This document shows positions 16,265 through 25,642 of a stretch of DNA of 56,329 bases, one piece after another (the first letter of the stretch is position 1; each line of letters begins with the position of its first letter). The notes under the pieces were generated by a model. That model was not told the origin of the DNA, ran no database searches, and saw only the letters and a program-made list of their open reading frames with translations. The stretch is from positions 1 through 56,329 of the forward strand of contig JBDKRC010000018.1 of assembly GCA_039683575.1 (NCBI GenBank). Reading direction: 5' to 3'. Position numbers and translations under genes: made by a program. This DNA comes from Armatimonadia bacterium. GTDB taxonomy: Bacteria > Armatimonadota > Zipacnadia > Zipacnadales > UBA11051.

Positions 16265-19200
16265 ATGAGGCCGCACAGTGACAGCGGGAGGGCGGCGGTC
16301 GTCTGGGCAGAGGGCAGTCAACTCCGGTCGACTGAGGCATGGTCAGGAACCGCTCCTGCCTCGTCCGCTCAAGAGCGCCTGTGGTTCATGAGCCGTTACC
16401 ATGGTGGCGGCCCGGCGTATACCACAGTCGCTGCTGTGCGCCTGAAGGGACCCCTGAATGTGGTGGCGCTGGAGGCGGCTCTGAACGCCCTGCGCAGGCG
16501 CCACGATATCCTCCGGACGTCCTTCTCCGACACCGGCGCCGGCCTGCTGCAGAGCATCGCCCCGGCGCTGGATCAGCCCCTGTCATTGACCGATCTGCAG
16601 TGCCTCCCACCCGAAGCGCGCGAGCCTCAGGCGTTGGAACTGGCAACGGTCCTCTCTGAACTTCGCTTTGACCTTGATTGTGGCCCACTCATGGCTACAG
16701 ACCTGTTGCGTCTGGACAATACGCACCACCTGCTACTGACTGCCTGCCACCACTCGATCTTTGACGGCCCCTCCTGCGACCTGATGATGCAGGAACTCGC
16801 CGAGGCCTACGAAGCTTTCGAGCTGGGCGAGGTTCCGGATTTCGAGCCGCTGCCAGTGCAATACCACGATCTTGCGGTCTGGGAGCGGGAGCAACTGCAT
16901 GGCTCACACTTTCAGAGACTGCTGGACTTCTGGCGGCAGGAGCTCGCTGGGACGCCCCCGCTGGGGTTGCCCACGGACTTCTCCCGCCCCTCGGTCCGTA
17001 GTATGACTGGAAGCGTCACCCGTCACTTGCTTCCCTATAGGCTGGCCGACGCGCTGGATGAATTCTCCCGCAGCCACAATATGCCCCTGTTCGCAGTCCT
17101 GATGAGCGGTCTGCAGGTGTTGCTCCACCGCTACACCGGCCAGGACGACCTTGCCGTGGGCTTCCCCGTTGACATTCGAACGTGCCCGGAGTTCGAGAGG
17201 CTGATCGGCCCGTGCACCAATAGCCTGGTGCTTCGCGCCAGCCTGGATGGGAACCCAAGCTTTGCGGAGTTGCTGAACCGTCAGCAGCAGCGCCTGCTGG
17301 AAGTCTACGCCCACCAGAACATGCCATTCGCGCGGCTGGTCGACGAACTTGATCAACGTCACGATCCAGCCCGGTCGCCGCTGTTCGACGTGTCCCTGCA
17401 GTTGCGCCATGTGCCGTGCTCGCTCGAAAGGGGAGGACTAGAGTGGCAGCCAGTGGCAGTCGAGACGCTCGGCGCGCAGGTTGACCTGGCACTCGACATG
17501 ACCCAGACGGGGGACGGGCTGGCCATAGGTTGCCGATACAATGCGGGTCTCTTCACCGAGGACACGGTCTCGCGCCTGCTCGGCCACTACGAGAACCTCC
17601 TGGGAGACCTTGTCCAAAGCCCGCACAAGCGAGTGTCGGAGTTGGCGCTCCTGAGTGAGACCGAGTGCCGGCAGATACTCGTCGAGTGGAACGAGACCGC
17701 GCACCAATACCCTTCAGAGCAGTGCATCCACGAGCTCTTCATGGTTCGGGCACGCGAGAAGCCAGACGCGCTTGCGGCGGCGTACCGGACGCAGGCGCTG
17801 ACCTACGGGCAACTGGACGAGATCACTGACAAGCTTGCGGCCCACCTCGCGAGCCTCGGCGCCGGTCCGGGCCGGGCCGTCGGCATGTATACCACACCGG
17901 GGCTGGACATCCCTATTGCGTTCATGGGCGTGCTCAAAACTGGTGCCGCTTGCTTGCCGCTCGACCCCGCGCATCCCATGGAACGCGTGAGCTTTATGAT
18001 CGAGGACAGCGAGGCTGCGCTGGTGGTCGCCTCGTCTCGACTGGCAGAGACGCTGCAGGTAAGGCCCGGCGTGCGCGTAGTGCCCCTGGACCCTGTACTG
18101 TGGAAGCCCCCACAGACAGCGGAGCCATGCCCCGCTACACCAGACGACATCGCTTACATCACCTACACCTCCGGCTCGACCGGTAAGCCCAAAGGGGTCG
18201 CTGTGCGGCACCGCGGCATGGTCTCCCTGATGGCGCGGGGACATGATGTCCACTCGCCCGAGGTCCTGTCAGGCACTCTCCTTGCTACCTCGACCTCTTT
18301 TGACGCCGGAGTTGGCTCGGTCTTCATGGCACTCACGGGCGGGGGCTGCCTGATCCTGATAGACAACATCCTCGATCCGCACCTCTCCCTGCCGGTGCCA
18401 GTGACGCTGCTGGACGCCGTCCCGTCTGTCGTGTCGCAACTGGTGAGGCAGGGCACGCTCCCCGACACGGTGCACACGGTGGTCCTGAGCGGCGAGCCCG
18501 CTCCCGGCCCGCTGGTACGACGCCTGTATGAGAACCATGGGGTCAAGCGCGTCTTCAACGAGTACGGTCCGACAGAGACTACCCTGACGAGCACGGTGGC
18601 GCTCATCCCGCCTGACGCGGAAGAGCACCCGCCCATCGGGCGTCCCGTCTGGAATACGCGCGTGTATGTTCTGGACGAGTATCGCAACCCGGTACCAGTT
18701 GGCGTGTATGGCGAGCTGTATATCGCGGGTGTCGGAGTGGCCGCAGGCTATGTCAACGCTCCCGATCTGACCGAGCAGCGTTTCCTTCCGGATCCATTTG
18801 ACGCTGACGGAGGCGGGCGCATGTACCGCACGGGGGACCTCGTGCGGTACGATGCCGGCGGCAACCTGCACTTCCTGGGCCGCGCTGACAGTCAGGTCAA
18901 GATTCGCGGCTGTCGCATCGAACTTGGAGAAGTGGAGCGCGTGCTGTTGGAACACCCGGCGGTGCAGCGTGCTGTAGTCAGGGCGGTACCCGACGCCGCT
19001 GGCGGCCAGGCCCTTGCGGCCCATGTCATGCTCTGGCCGCGAGCCACTTTGACGCGAGAGCGCCTGAGGGAGCATCTTAAGGGACACTTGCCCGAGGTCA
19101 TGATCCCAACGCTGGTCACCTTCCTCGACAGCCTGCCCCTGCTGCCCTGCGGCAAGATAGACATAGATGCTCTGCCCGCTCCGCTAGCGGTGCCCCCCGT

Positions 19201-20266
19201 GGTTTCCGCTGGCGAGAAGACCCCTGAGCCCCTTGAAGCCCAGTTGCAGCGCCTGTGGGCTGAGGCCCTGGGAACAGAGCAGGTAGGGCTCGACGACAGC
19301 TTCTTTGACCTGGGCGGCCATTCGCTCACAGCGGCACGCCTGCTGGCAAGCATTCGCGAAGCGGTCGGGGGCAATCCACCGCTGCCCCTTCTCTTTCGTG
19401 CACCGACGGTCAGGCAGTTCGCTCGGGCGATCCTGGCCGGCGAGACGCTCGCCGCCGGCGATTGCCTCGTCCCCGTACAGCCCCAGGGCGACCGCCCACC
19501 CCTCTTCGCCGCCCACCACGAGACCGGTGAAGCCTTCTGCTATGTGCGGCTCAGCAAGTACCTGCCACCAGATCAGCCACTATATGGCCTGCGCGCCGAG
19601 GAAGAGCGTCTCTCGCCTTGTGACCTGACGCTGGCTGACCTGGCGGCTGACTACGTCGCGGCGATACGACAGCGTCAGCCTGTCGGGCCGTATTACCTCC
19701 TGGGCTACTCCCAGGCCGCGATGCTCGCCTGGGAACTCGCCCGGCAGTTGCGTGACCAGGGGCAGGAGATAGGCCTGCTGGCACTTATCGACTATCCGGC
19801 GGACTATGATGACTACATGCCCCCGTGTGGGCTGCCCCGGCTGCGTGACCCATGGCAGTTGCTGCGCGACCTCCCATTCACCTGGGCCTACGACTGGCGC
19901 CTGACGTGGGGTGAGCGGCGAGCGGAATGGGTCAATCGTCTGCGCCAACTGAGCGCCGCCTGTGGCTGCGGCACCTTCGATCCGCAACCAGATATCGTCG
20001 CCGATCCCATACGGCGCGGGCGGCTCGATAGCATGCTGCGAGCCTACCGGCCAGAACCATACGATGGTGACGTGGTCCTGTTTCGGGCGCGTCAACAGTG
20101 TCTATTCTGCTCCCATGACCGGGCGATGGGATGGCGCAGACTCGTGCAGGGCCGCCTGGACACTGTCAGCATTCCCGGCATCCATGCCCGCATGATGCAT
20201 GATCCGGCGGTAGAGAGCATAGCGAAACACCTGTCAAAGCGGCTGCAGGAGCCGCGGTTCCAATAG
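16265..20266 (+). CDS. Single-module non-ribosomal peptide synthetase (C-A-T-TE)
   Basis: C domain SSAQERLWF and HHSIFDG. A domain YTSGSTGKPKG, YGPTE, YRTGDL, GRADSQVKIRG and GKID. Carrier FFDLGGHSL. TE GYSQA and IPGIH. Alternative GTG start at 16220. Confidence 0.95.
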   Translation: MRPHSDSGRAAVVWAEGSQLRSTEAWSGTAPASSAQERLWFMSRYHGGGPAYTTVAAVRLKGPLNVVALEAALNALRRRHDILRTSFSDTGAGLLQSIAPALDQPLSLTDLQCLPPEAREPQALELATVLSELRFDLDCGPLMATDLLRLDNTHHLLLTACHHSIFDGPSCDLMMQELAEAYEAFELGEVPDFEPLPVQYHDLAVWEREQLHGSHFQRLLDFWRQELAGTPPLGLPTDFSRPSVRSMTGSVTRHLLPYRLADALDEFSRSHNMPLFAVLMSGLQVLLHRYTGQDDLAVGFPVDIRTCPEFERLIGPCTNSLVLRASLDGNPSFAELLNRQQQRLLEVYAHQNMPFARLVDELDQRHDPARSPLFDVSLQLRHVPCSLERGGLEWQPVAVETLGAQVDLALDMTQTGDGLAIGCRYNAGLFTEDTVSRLLGHYENLLGDLVQSPHKRVSELALLSETECRQILVEWNETAHQYPSEQCIHELFMVRAREKPDALAAAYRTQALTYGQLDEITDKLAAHLASLGAGPGRAVGMYTTPGLDIPIAFMGVLKTGAACLPLDPAHPMERVSFMIEDSEAALVVASSRLAETLQVRPGVRVVPLDPVLWKPPQTAEPCPATPDDIAYITYTSGSTGKPKGVAVRHRGMVSLMARGHDVHSPEVLSGTLLATSTSFDAGVGSVFMALTGGGCLILIDNILDPHLSLPVPVTLLDAVPSVVSQLVRQGTLPDTVHTVVLSGEPAPGPLVRRLYENHGVKRVFNEYGPTETTLTSTVALIPPDAEEHPPIGRPVWNTRVYVLDEYRNPVPVGVYGELYIAGVGVAAGYVNAPDLTEQRFLPDPFDADGGGRMYRTGDLVRYDAGGNLHFLGRADSQVKIRGCRIELGEVERVLLEHPAVQRAVVRAVPDAAGGQALAAHVMLWPRATLTRERLREHLKGHLPEVMIPTLVTFLDSLPLLPCGKIDIDALPAPLAVPPVVSAGEKTPEPLEAQLQRLWAEALGTEQVGLDDSFFDLGGHSLTAARLLASIREAVGGNPPLPLLFRAPTVRQFARAILAGETLAAGDCLVPVQPQGDRPPLFAAHHETGEAFCYVRLSKYLPPDQPLYGLRAEEERLSPCDLTLADLAADYVAAIRQRQPVGPYYLLGYSQAAMLAWELARQLRDQGQEIGLLALIDYPADYDDYMPPCGLPRLRDPWQLLRDLPFTWAYDWRLTWGERRAEWVNRLRQLSAACGCGTFDPQPDIVADPIRRGRLDSMLRAYRPEPYDGDVVLFRARQQCLFCSHDRAMGWRRLVQGRLDTVSIPGIHARMMHDPAVESIAKHLSKRLQEPRFQ

Positions 20267-20332
20267 GGGATGATCCGGCCGCTGACCCACACAGTGGGGA
20301 GGCGGAGCCTGACCGAGGGAGAGGAAGTAGTA

Positions 20333-21481
20333 ATGGTGGATATATTCGACAGACGACGGCTGGCTCACGTTACCGCCTTGCATCTGTACAAGGAGACACA
20401 GAACGCGGCTTTGCTGGTGCAGGCCTCTTGTACGGAGGCGGCCTGCTCGCAGATCCGTGAGTTCTACCTGGACGGTGGGTGCTGCGAACGCGTGATCATC
20501 TACCTGCACTCGCCCGGCTGCCGGTGGGCGGCGCAGAGCGACGGCGGGTGCTACATGTGCGGCCACTGGGCCGGGACCAAGCAGGGACAGACCATTCCCA
20601 GCAGCCTCATCGTCGAACAGGTTCACAGTGAGCTGGCGAAGTACGACTGGGCCAAGTACCCCGTCTTGTGTGTCTACAACGCCGGCAGCTTCACCTGCGA
20701 TCGTGAGATCACCCCGCAGGCCCGCCGCGAGATACTCCAGGCGATTGGGGCTGTGCCGGAGTTGAAGCTGCTCATCGTCGAGAGCCGTCCCGAGTTCATC
20801 ACGCCGCCGATGGCAGAGCAGTTCGCGTCCCTCGTCCCCTTCCATGTCCAGGTCGGCGTGGGCCTGGAGAGCGCCTCGGATCGCGTCCGCAGGCTCTGCA
20901 TCAACAAGGGCTTTGAGCGCGAGGACTTTGAGTTGGCCATCGCTACGTTGAACCAGGCCGGGGTCGGCTCCCTGGCTTACGTGCTGCTCAAGCCGCCTTT
21001 CCTGACCGAGATCGAAGCTATCGAGGACGCTGTGGACAGCATCCGCTATGCCTTCGAGGTCGGGGTAGAGGCCGTATCACTCGAACCGGTCTCCGTCCAG
21101 CCCCATACTCTTATCGAGCGTCTTCATGACGCGGGGGTGTACAGAGTCCCATGGACATGGTCAGTGCGTGAGGTCATCCGCGCCACGGCGCACCTGGGCG
21201 ACGTTCGCATCGGCGGTTTCGAGTACCATCCGGCACCCTACACCATCGTCCACAACTGTCCCGACTGCGACGAAGCCGCCTACAATGCCATCGCTCACTA
21301 CAATGCGACCAAGGACCTTGGGCCGCTCAATGCACTGGACTGCAGTTGTATCGGCGCCTGGGAGGCAGAGTGCGGGCTGTCGACCGAGCCCCTCGAGCAG
21401 CGGATCATCTCAGATTGCCTGGCCGTGCATGATGCATCCCGGCAATCCCACTGGGGAGTGACAGTGCCATGCGTCTCGTGA
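20333..21481 (+). CDS. Radical SAM protein of the TIGR01210/RaSEA (archaeosine-synthesis, Elp3-like) family
   Basis: GCRW....GGCYMCG (CX9CX2C), YNAGSF, VESRPEFI, VGLES...CINKGF, AYVLLKPPFLTE.EAIEDAV.SI, TLIERL...G.YR.PW.WSV and C-terminal HNC..CD...DC.C...W. These motifs match the RaSEA family. RBS GAGGGAGAGG before the ATG at 20333. Confidence 0.85.
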   Translation: MVDIFDRRRLAHVTALHLYKETQNAALLVQASCTEAACSQIREFYLDGGCCERVIIYLHSPGCRWAAQSDGGCYMCGHWAGTKQGQTIPSSLIVEQVHSELAKYDWAKYPVLCVYNAGSFTCDREITPQARREILQAIGAVPELKLLIVESRPEFITPPMAEQFASLVPFHVQVGVGLESASDRVRRLCINKGFEREDFELAIATLNQAGVGSLAYVLLKPPFLTEIEAIEDAVDSIRYAFEVGVEAVSLEPVSVQPHTLIERLHDAGVYRVPWTWSVREVIRATAHLGDVRIGGFEYHPAPYTIVHNCPDCDEAAYNAIAHYNATKDLGPLNALDCSCIGAWEAECGLSTEPLEQRIISDCLAVHDASRQSHWGVTVPCVS

Positions 21482-22188
21482 TCGCGCCGGAGATCGCTGC
21501 GGCCTATCCTGATCTGCGGATTGGAGTACTGGTGGGAACAGGGGCTGCCAACGACGGTGGGGCCGATGCCGCGGCTTTGGAGACGCTCAAGGCCGAGGCA
21601 GCCCAACACGCGCGGGCTCAGGGCTACACGACCGAGATGCTGTCCGAGCATCCCTTCATGTCTGCGTGGCGTGAAACCTACCGGAGTTTCGGAACCAAGC
21701 CCGGCAAATACCGCCCTACTGCCGAAGCGCTCGTGCGCCGCGTGCTCCAGGGAGACGGCATTCCGAGCATCTCGCCGTTGGTCGATGCATACCTGGCGGT
21801 CGAGGCGCGCTGGTGGCTTCCGGTCGGAGGGTATGACCTCGATCTGGTGAAGGGGGACGTAGTGCTGCGGTTCTCGGGCGGGGGAGAGGCCTTTCGGGGC
21901 ATAGGCGCCGACGAGGATGAATATACGGACCAGGGGGAAGTGATCTACTGTGACGATGAACGCGTCCTGACCCGGCGCTGGAACTACAAGGACGCCGACG
22001 CGACAAAAGTCACGCCCCAGAGCGTCAACGTCGTGCTGTGCGTCGAGGCCCCGACGGCGGCGATCCCTTCCGAAGCGGTGGCAGGATGCGTGGAAGCGAT
22101 GGCGGAGGGGCTAGAGGCCGTCTGCCACGGGAACTGGCGCACGATGATCTGCGATGCCACTGCCCCTGCGGTTCCGTTGACGGAGTAG
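21469..22188 (+). CDS. Standalone B3/4 (PheRS beta-type) tRNA-editing domain protein
   Basis: AWRETYRSFGTKPGKYRPTAEALVRR, ISPLVDAY, PVGGYDLD, GEVIYCDD...LTRRWNYK. Overlaps the radical SAM gene by 13 nt. Confidence 0.9.
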   Translation: MRLVIAPEIAAAYPDLRIGVLVGTGAANDGGADAAALETLKAEAAQHARAQGYTTEMLSEHPFMSAWRETYRSFGTKPGKYRPTAEALVRRVLQGDGIPSISPLVDAYLAVEARWWLPVGGYDLDLVKGDVVLRFSGGGEAFRGIGADEDEYTDQGEVIYCDDERVLTRRWNYKDADATKVTPQSVNVVLCVEAPTAAIPSEAVAGCVEAMAEGLEAVCHGNWRTMICDATAPAVPLTE

Positions 22189-22221
22189 CCCGGTGGTTCC
22201 TCCGGTTCTCCTGGTAAGGAC

Positions 22222-23886
22222 TTAGTGGCCGTTGCCGCCGTCTGCGTGGCGGATCTGCACCCGGCGGATCTTGCCGCTGATGGTCTTGGGCAGTTCGTCC
22301 ACGAACTCAACTACACGCGGGTACTTGTAGGGCGCCGTCACACGCTTGACGTGGTCCTGCAGTTCCTTTACCAGGGCGTCCGAGGCAGTGTAGCCCTTAG
22401 CCAGGATCACGGTCGCTTTCACGATCTGGCCCCGCACTGGATCCGGAGCGCCGGTGATTGCACACTCAATCACCGCTGGATGCTCCACGAGGGCGCTCTC
22501 CACTTCGAAGGGGCCGATACGGTAGCCGGAACTCTTGATCAAGTCATCGGCCCGGCCAACGAACCAGTAGTAGCCATCCTCATCACGCCAGGCCATGTCT
22601 CCGGTGTGGTAGATACCGTCATGCCACGCCCGTTTGGTCAAGTCTTCATCGCGATAGTAGCCCGCGAACATTCCCGGTGGGCGCGTGTCGCCGGTGCGGA
22701 TCACGATCTCGCCCTCAACGCCGACTTCGCAGGACTCGCCGTTGTCGTCCAGCAGGTCAACAGCGTACCCGGGAGTGGGCTTACCCATCGAGCCGGGACG
22801 TGGCTCAAGCCAGGGATACGTCGCGAGCGCCACGATCATCTCCGTCTGCCCATAGCCTTCCATGATCTTCATGTTGGTGCCAGCGAGGAAGTTGTCGAAA
22901 ACCTCCGGGTTCAGCGGCTCGCCGGCGACCACGCAGTACTCCAGGCCTGACAGATCGTATTTTGACACGTCTTCCTTGATCAGGAAGCGGTAGATGGTGG
23001 GCGGGGCGCAGAAGGTCTTCACCTTGTAGTCCTGGATCACCCGCAGCAGGTCTGCCGGCACGAACTTCTCATAGTCATACACGAAGACCTGGGCACCGCA
23101 AATCCACTGACCGTACATTTTGCCCCAGACGGCCTTTGCCCAGCCGGTGTCGGCGACCGTCAGATGCAGACCGTCTTTCCGAACGTTCTGCCAGTACGCT
23201 GCCGTCAGGATGTGCCCCAGCGGGTATGTGAAGTCGTGCTGCACCATCTTGGGCATCCCGGTCGTGCCCGAGGTGAAGTAGATCAGCATCATGTCTTCGT
23301 TCTGGGAAGCCTCATCGCCGGAAGGGCGTTCGAACTCCGCCGGCGCCTCGCTCAGGCCTTGCGCAAAGTCCAGCCAGCCCTCACGATGTCCGTCAACGAT
23401 CGCCTTGAGCTGCAGAGTCGGCGATTCCTCTTGCGCCTCGTCTACGTGGTGCAGCACCCACTCGTCATCGATGGTGATGATCATCTTGATGTCGGCGGAG
23501 TTGCAGCGGTAGACGATATCATGGGTGCTCAGCAGGTGGGTCGCAGGGACGGCCACCGCCCCGAGCTTGTGCAGGCCCAGCAGACAGAACCAGAACTGGT
23601 AGCGGCGCTTGAGGATCAGCATCACGCGGTCGCCACGCCCGATGCCGAGCGAGCGCAGGTAGTTGGCGGCCTTGTCGCTGTAGAGCTTCATCTCGCCGAA
23701 GGTGAAGCTGGCGCTGTCACCGGCCTCGTCGCACCAGACCAGCGCCACCTTGTCAGGATCGGTGGCGGCAATCTCGTCTACAACGTCAAAGGCGAAGTTG
23801 AAGTTCTCGGGGACGTCTATCCGGAAATCCCGCGTGAACTCTTCATAGGAAGCAAAAGATGTTTGCGGCAGAAAGCGATCGAGCAT
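22222..23886 (-). CDS. Acyl-CoA synthetase (acetate/medium-chain acid-CoA ligase, AMP-forming)
   Basis: [69 protein letters not shown] before the ATG at 23886. Confidence 0.92.
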   Translation of the reverse strand: MLDRFLPQTSFASYEEFTRDFRIDVPENFNFAFDVVDEIAATDPDKVALVWCDEAGDSASFTFGEMKLYSDKAANYLRSLGIGRGDRVMLILKRRYQFWFCLLGLHKLGAVAVPATHLLSTHDIVYRCNSADIKMIITIDDEWVLHHVDEAQEESPTLQLKAIVDGHREGWLDFAQGLSEAPAEFERPSGDEASQNEDMMLIYFTSGTTGMPKMVQHDFTYPLGHILTAAYWQNVRKDGLHLTVADTGWAKAVWGKMYGQWICGAQVFVYDYEKFVPADLLRVIQDYKVKTFCAPPTIYRFLIKEDVSKYDLSGLEYCVVAGEPLNPEVFDNFLAGTNMKIMEGYGQTEMIVALATYPWLEPRPGSMGKPTPGYAVDLLDDNGESCEVGVEGEIVIRTGDTRPPGMFAGYYRDEDLTKRAWHDGIYHTGDMAWRDEDGYYWFVGRADDLIKSSGYRIGPFEVESALVEHPAVIECAITGAPDPVRGQIVKATVILAKGYTASDALVKELQDHVKRVTAPYKYPRVVEFVDELPKTISGKIRRVQIRHADGGNGH

Positions 23887-23953
23887 CTGCAAAGACTCCT
23901 CATGTATCTGGGGCTCTGGCCCCCGATACGATAGCACTTCTGGGGGGACTATT

Positions 23954-24505
23954 TCAAAGGATAATGGCCAGGAACTGCGCCCGAGTGCCCCCGAGAGCGA
24001 TCATACCATGTTTCAGGCTTGAATCGAAATACAGCGAATCCCCGGCGTTCAGGATCAGTTCGTGGCCATCCAGAACGAGCTTGAGCGTGCCCTCGAGAAC
24101 ATAGTTGAACTCCTGCCCCGGATGCGAGTTGAGATGTATCTCCTCGTCGGGGTGCGGCTCGACAGTCACCAGGAACGGTTCTGCTTTCTTGTGGCTGAAG
24201 TTGTAGGCCAAGCTCTGGTAAGCATACTCCTGGCGCCGCTCGACCGCCACGCCCTTGCGCTGGCGAACCAGACAGTACGAGTGCAGCCGCGGCTCCTCTC
24301 CGGTCAGAAGGGCGGTGAGTTCCACACCAAAGCGGCCAGCTATCTGGTACAGCACGCTGACAGGGATATCACTGTTGCCGCTCTCATAGGCGGCGTACGT
24401 CTCAAGCGGGATACCGACATCCGCCGCGACCTGCTCCTGGGTTACGCCAGCGATATCGCGCAGGTCCTGAACGCGAGCGGCAATCTCTTTGAGTTGATCG
24501 GACAT
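23954..24505 (-). CDS. XRE-family HTH plus cupin transcriptional regulator
   Basis: N-terminal HTH ([23 protein letters not shown]) and cupin [12 protein letters not shown]...[10 protein letters not shown]. Commonly paired with the adjacent ligase. Confidence 0.9.
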   Translation of the reverse strand: MSDQLKEIAARVQDLRDIAGVTQEQVAADVGIPLETYAAYESGNSDIPVSVLYQIAGRFGVELTALLTGEEPRLHSYCLVRQRKGVAVERRQEYAYQSLAYNFSHKKAEPFLVTVEPHPDEEIHLNSHPGQEFNYVLEGTLKLVLDGHELILNAGDSLYFDSSLKHGMIALGGTRAQFLAIIL

Positions 24506-24669
24506 CGCATATACACCCTTGCCATCGGACGACGATGGTCATGATTGCGGGGCACAAGATGCACATTTCGACACGGGGGACAGAATCGCCTTCTAGGGGT
24601 CAACACGTCTGCGCAGCACAAGGTCCGCCTGGCCGCTACTTGCTGTAGCTTTGGCTGCCATGGGCTACG

Positions 24670-24707
24670 TTGACAGAAGACAGCTAATTGGTTATATTGC
24701 CAAATAG
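24670..24707 (+). promoter_or_regulatory. Sigma70 promoter with overlapping imperfect palindrome (ArsR operator)
   Basis: TTGACA (24670-24675), 17-bp spacer, TATATT (24693-24698). Inverted repeat CTAATTGG-N8-CCAAATAG (24684-24707) spans the -10 element. Confidence 0.75.
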
Positions 24708-24708
24708 T

Positions 24709-25026
24709 ATGAGCCCACACGACGAATACAAACAGAAAGCCAAAATCATCAAGGCGATGGGACACCCGAGCCGCTTGATGATGATCGACGCCCTGGCCCA
24801 AAGCGAGAAGTGCGTCTGTGAGTTACGGGAACTCGTTGGCGCGGACATGTCCACGGTGTCAAAGCACCTGTCCGTGCTGCGCAACGCAGGCCTCGTGACC
24901 GACCGTAAGCAAGGGCTGCAGGTATTTTACACCTTGCGGGTGCCTTGTATCACCAGATTCTTCGGTTGTGTAGAGGCGGTTATGACCGAATCCCCGGAGG
25001 CCACGGGCGTCTCCGGTGACGAGTGA
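24709..25026 (+). CDS. arsR: ArsR/SmtB family repressor
   Basis: KAMGHPSRL, KCVCEL metal site, STVSKHLSVLRNAGLV. Directly upstream of arsC. Confidence 0.88.
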   Translation: MSPHDEYKQKAKIIKAMGHPSRLMMIDALAQSEKCVCELRELVGADMSTVSKHLSVLRNAGLVTDRKQGLQVFYTLRVPCITRFFGCVEAVMTESPEATGVSGDE

Positions 25027-25068
25027 AGAGCGGGCTCTTTTCCGCAACCGTTCCTGAAGCCACCCACC

Positions 25069-25503
25069 ATGAGCAAGCTGAAAGTACTGTTCCTGTGTAC
25101 CGGCAATTCCTGCCGCAGCCAGATGGCCGAGGGCTGGACGCGCGCGCTCAAGGGCGACGTCATCGAGCCGTACTCGGCGGGCGTTGAGATACACGGTATG
25201 AACCCCAGGGCCGTACAGGTGATGGCCGAGGCCGGGGTGGACATCTCAAGCCAGCGCTCGAAGCATGTGGATGAACTGGCGGGTATCGAGTTCGATTACG
25301 TGGTCACCGTGTGCGACCGTGCTAACGAATCCTGTCCGCTGTTCCCCGGCAAGACGAAGATCGTGCATGTCGGCTTCGACGATCCGCCCAAACTGGCCGC
25401 CACGGCCAAAACCGAGGAAGAAGCCCTCAACCACTACCGGCGGGTACGAGACGAGATCAAGGCATTCATCGAAAAGCTGCCTGAAGCCCTCACTCAGAAG
25501 TAA
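25069..25503 (+). CDS. arsC: Arsenate reductase (LMW-PTP/thioredoxin type)
   Basis: LFLCTGNSCRSQMAEG, VTVCD.ANESCP, FDDP. Confidence 0.92.
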   Translation: MSKLKVLFLCTGNSCRSQMAEGWTRALKGDVIEPYSAGVEIHGMNPRAVQVMAEAGVDISSQRSKHVDELAGIEFDYVVTVCDRANESCPLFPGKTKIVHVGFDDPPKLAATAKTEEEALNHYRRVRDEIKAFIEKLPEALTQK

Positions 25504-25642
25504 GCCCCCCAAAGCCCCCACCTCGCTTTCCGCAGGGAGGATCACCCCGGCGGAAGGAGAAGTCAACATGCGCGCGAGCGCGCGGCCGGAACCGCTGCGC
25601 AGGCGCCCTTGTCTGCATCTCCTGAAAGGTGACGTGGCAATC

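Noticed and set aside
20333-21481. RiPP maturase, or true archaeosine synthesis
   Set aside because: There is no SPASM or RRE domain and no precursor ORF nearby. No tRNA-guanine transglycosylase, ArcS or preQ0 genes are in the window.
22222-24505. Acyl-CoA synthetase as the starter-unit supplier for the NRPS
   Set aside because: It is convergent with the cluster and paired with an XRE-cupin regulator, a widespread primary-metabolism arrangement. A link cannot be excluded but nothing supports it.
25265-25642. N-terminal extensions in the ORF track (also at 2945, 6141, 11967, 23937, 30601, 41030, 43160, 47105)
   Set aside because: They overlap neighbouring genes or promoters. Downstream starts fit better with RBS position, signal peptides or domain boundaries.
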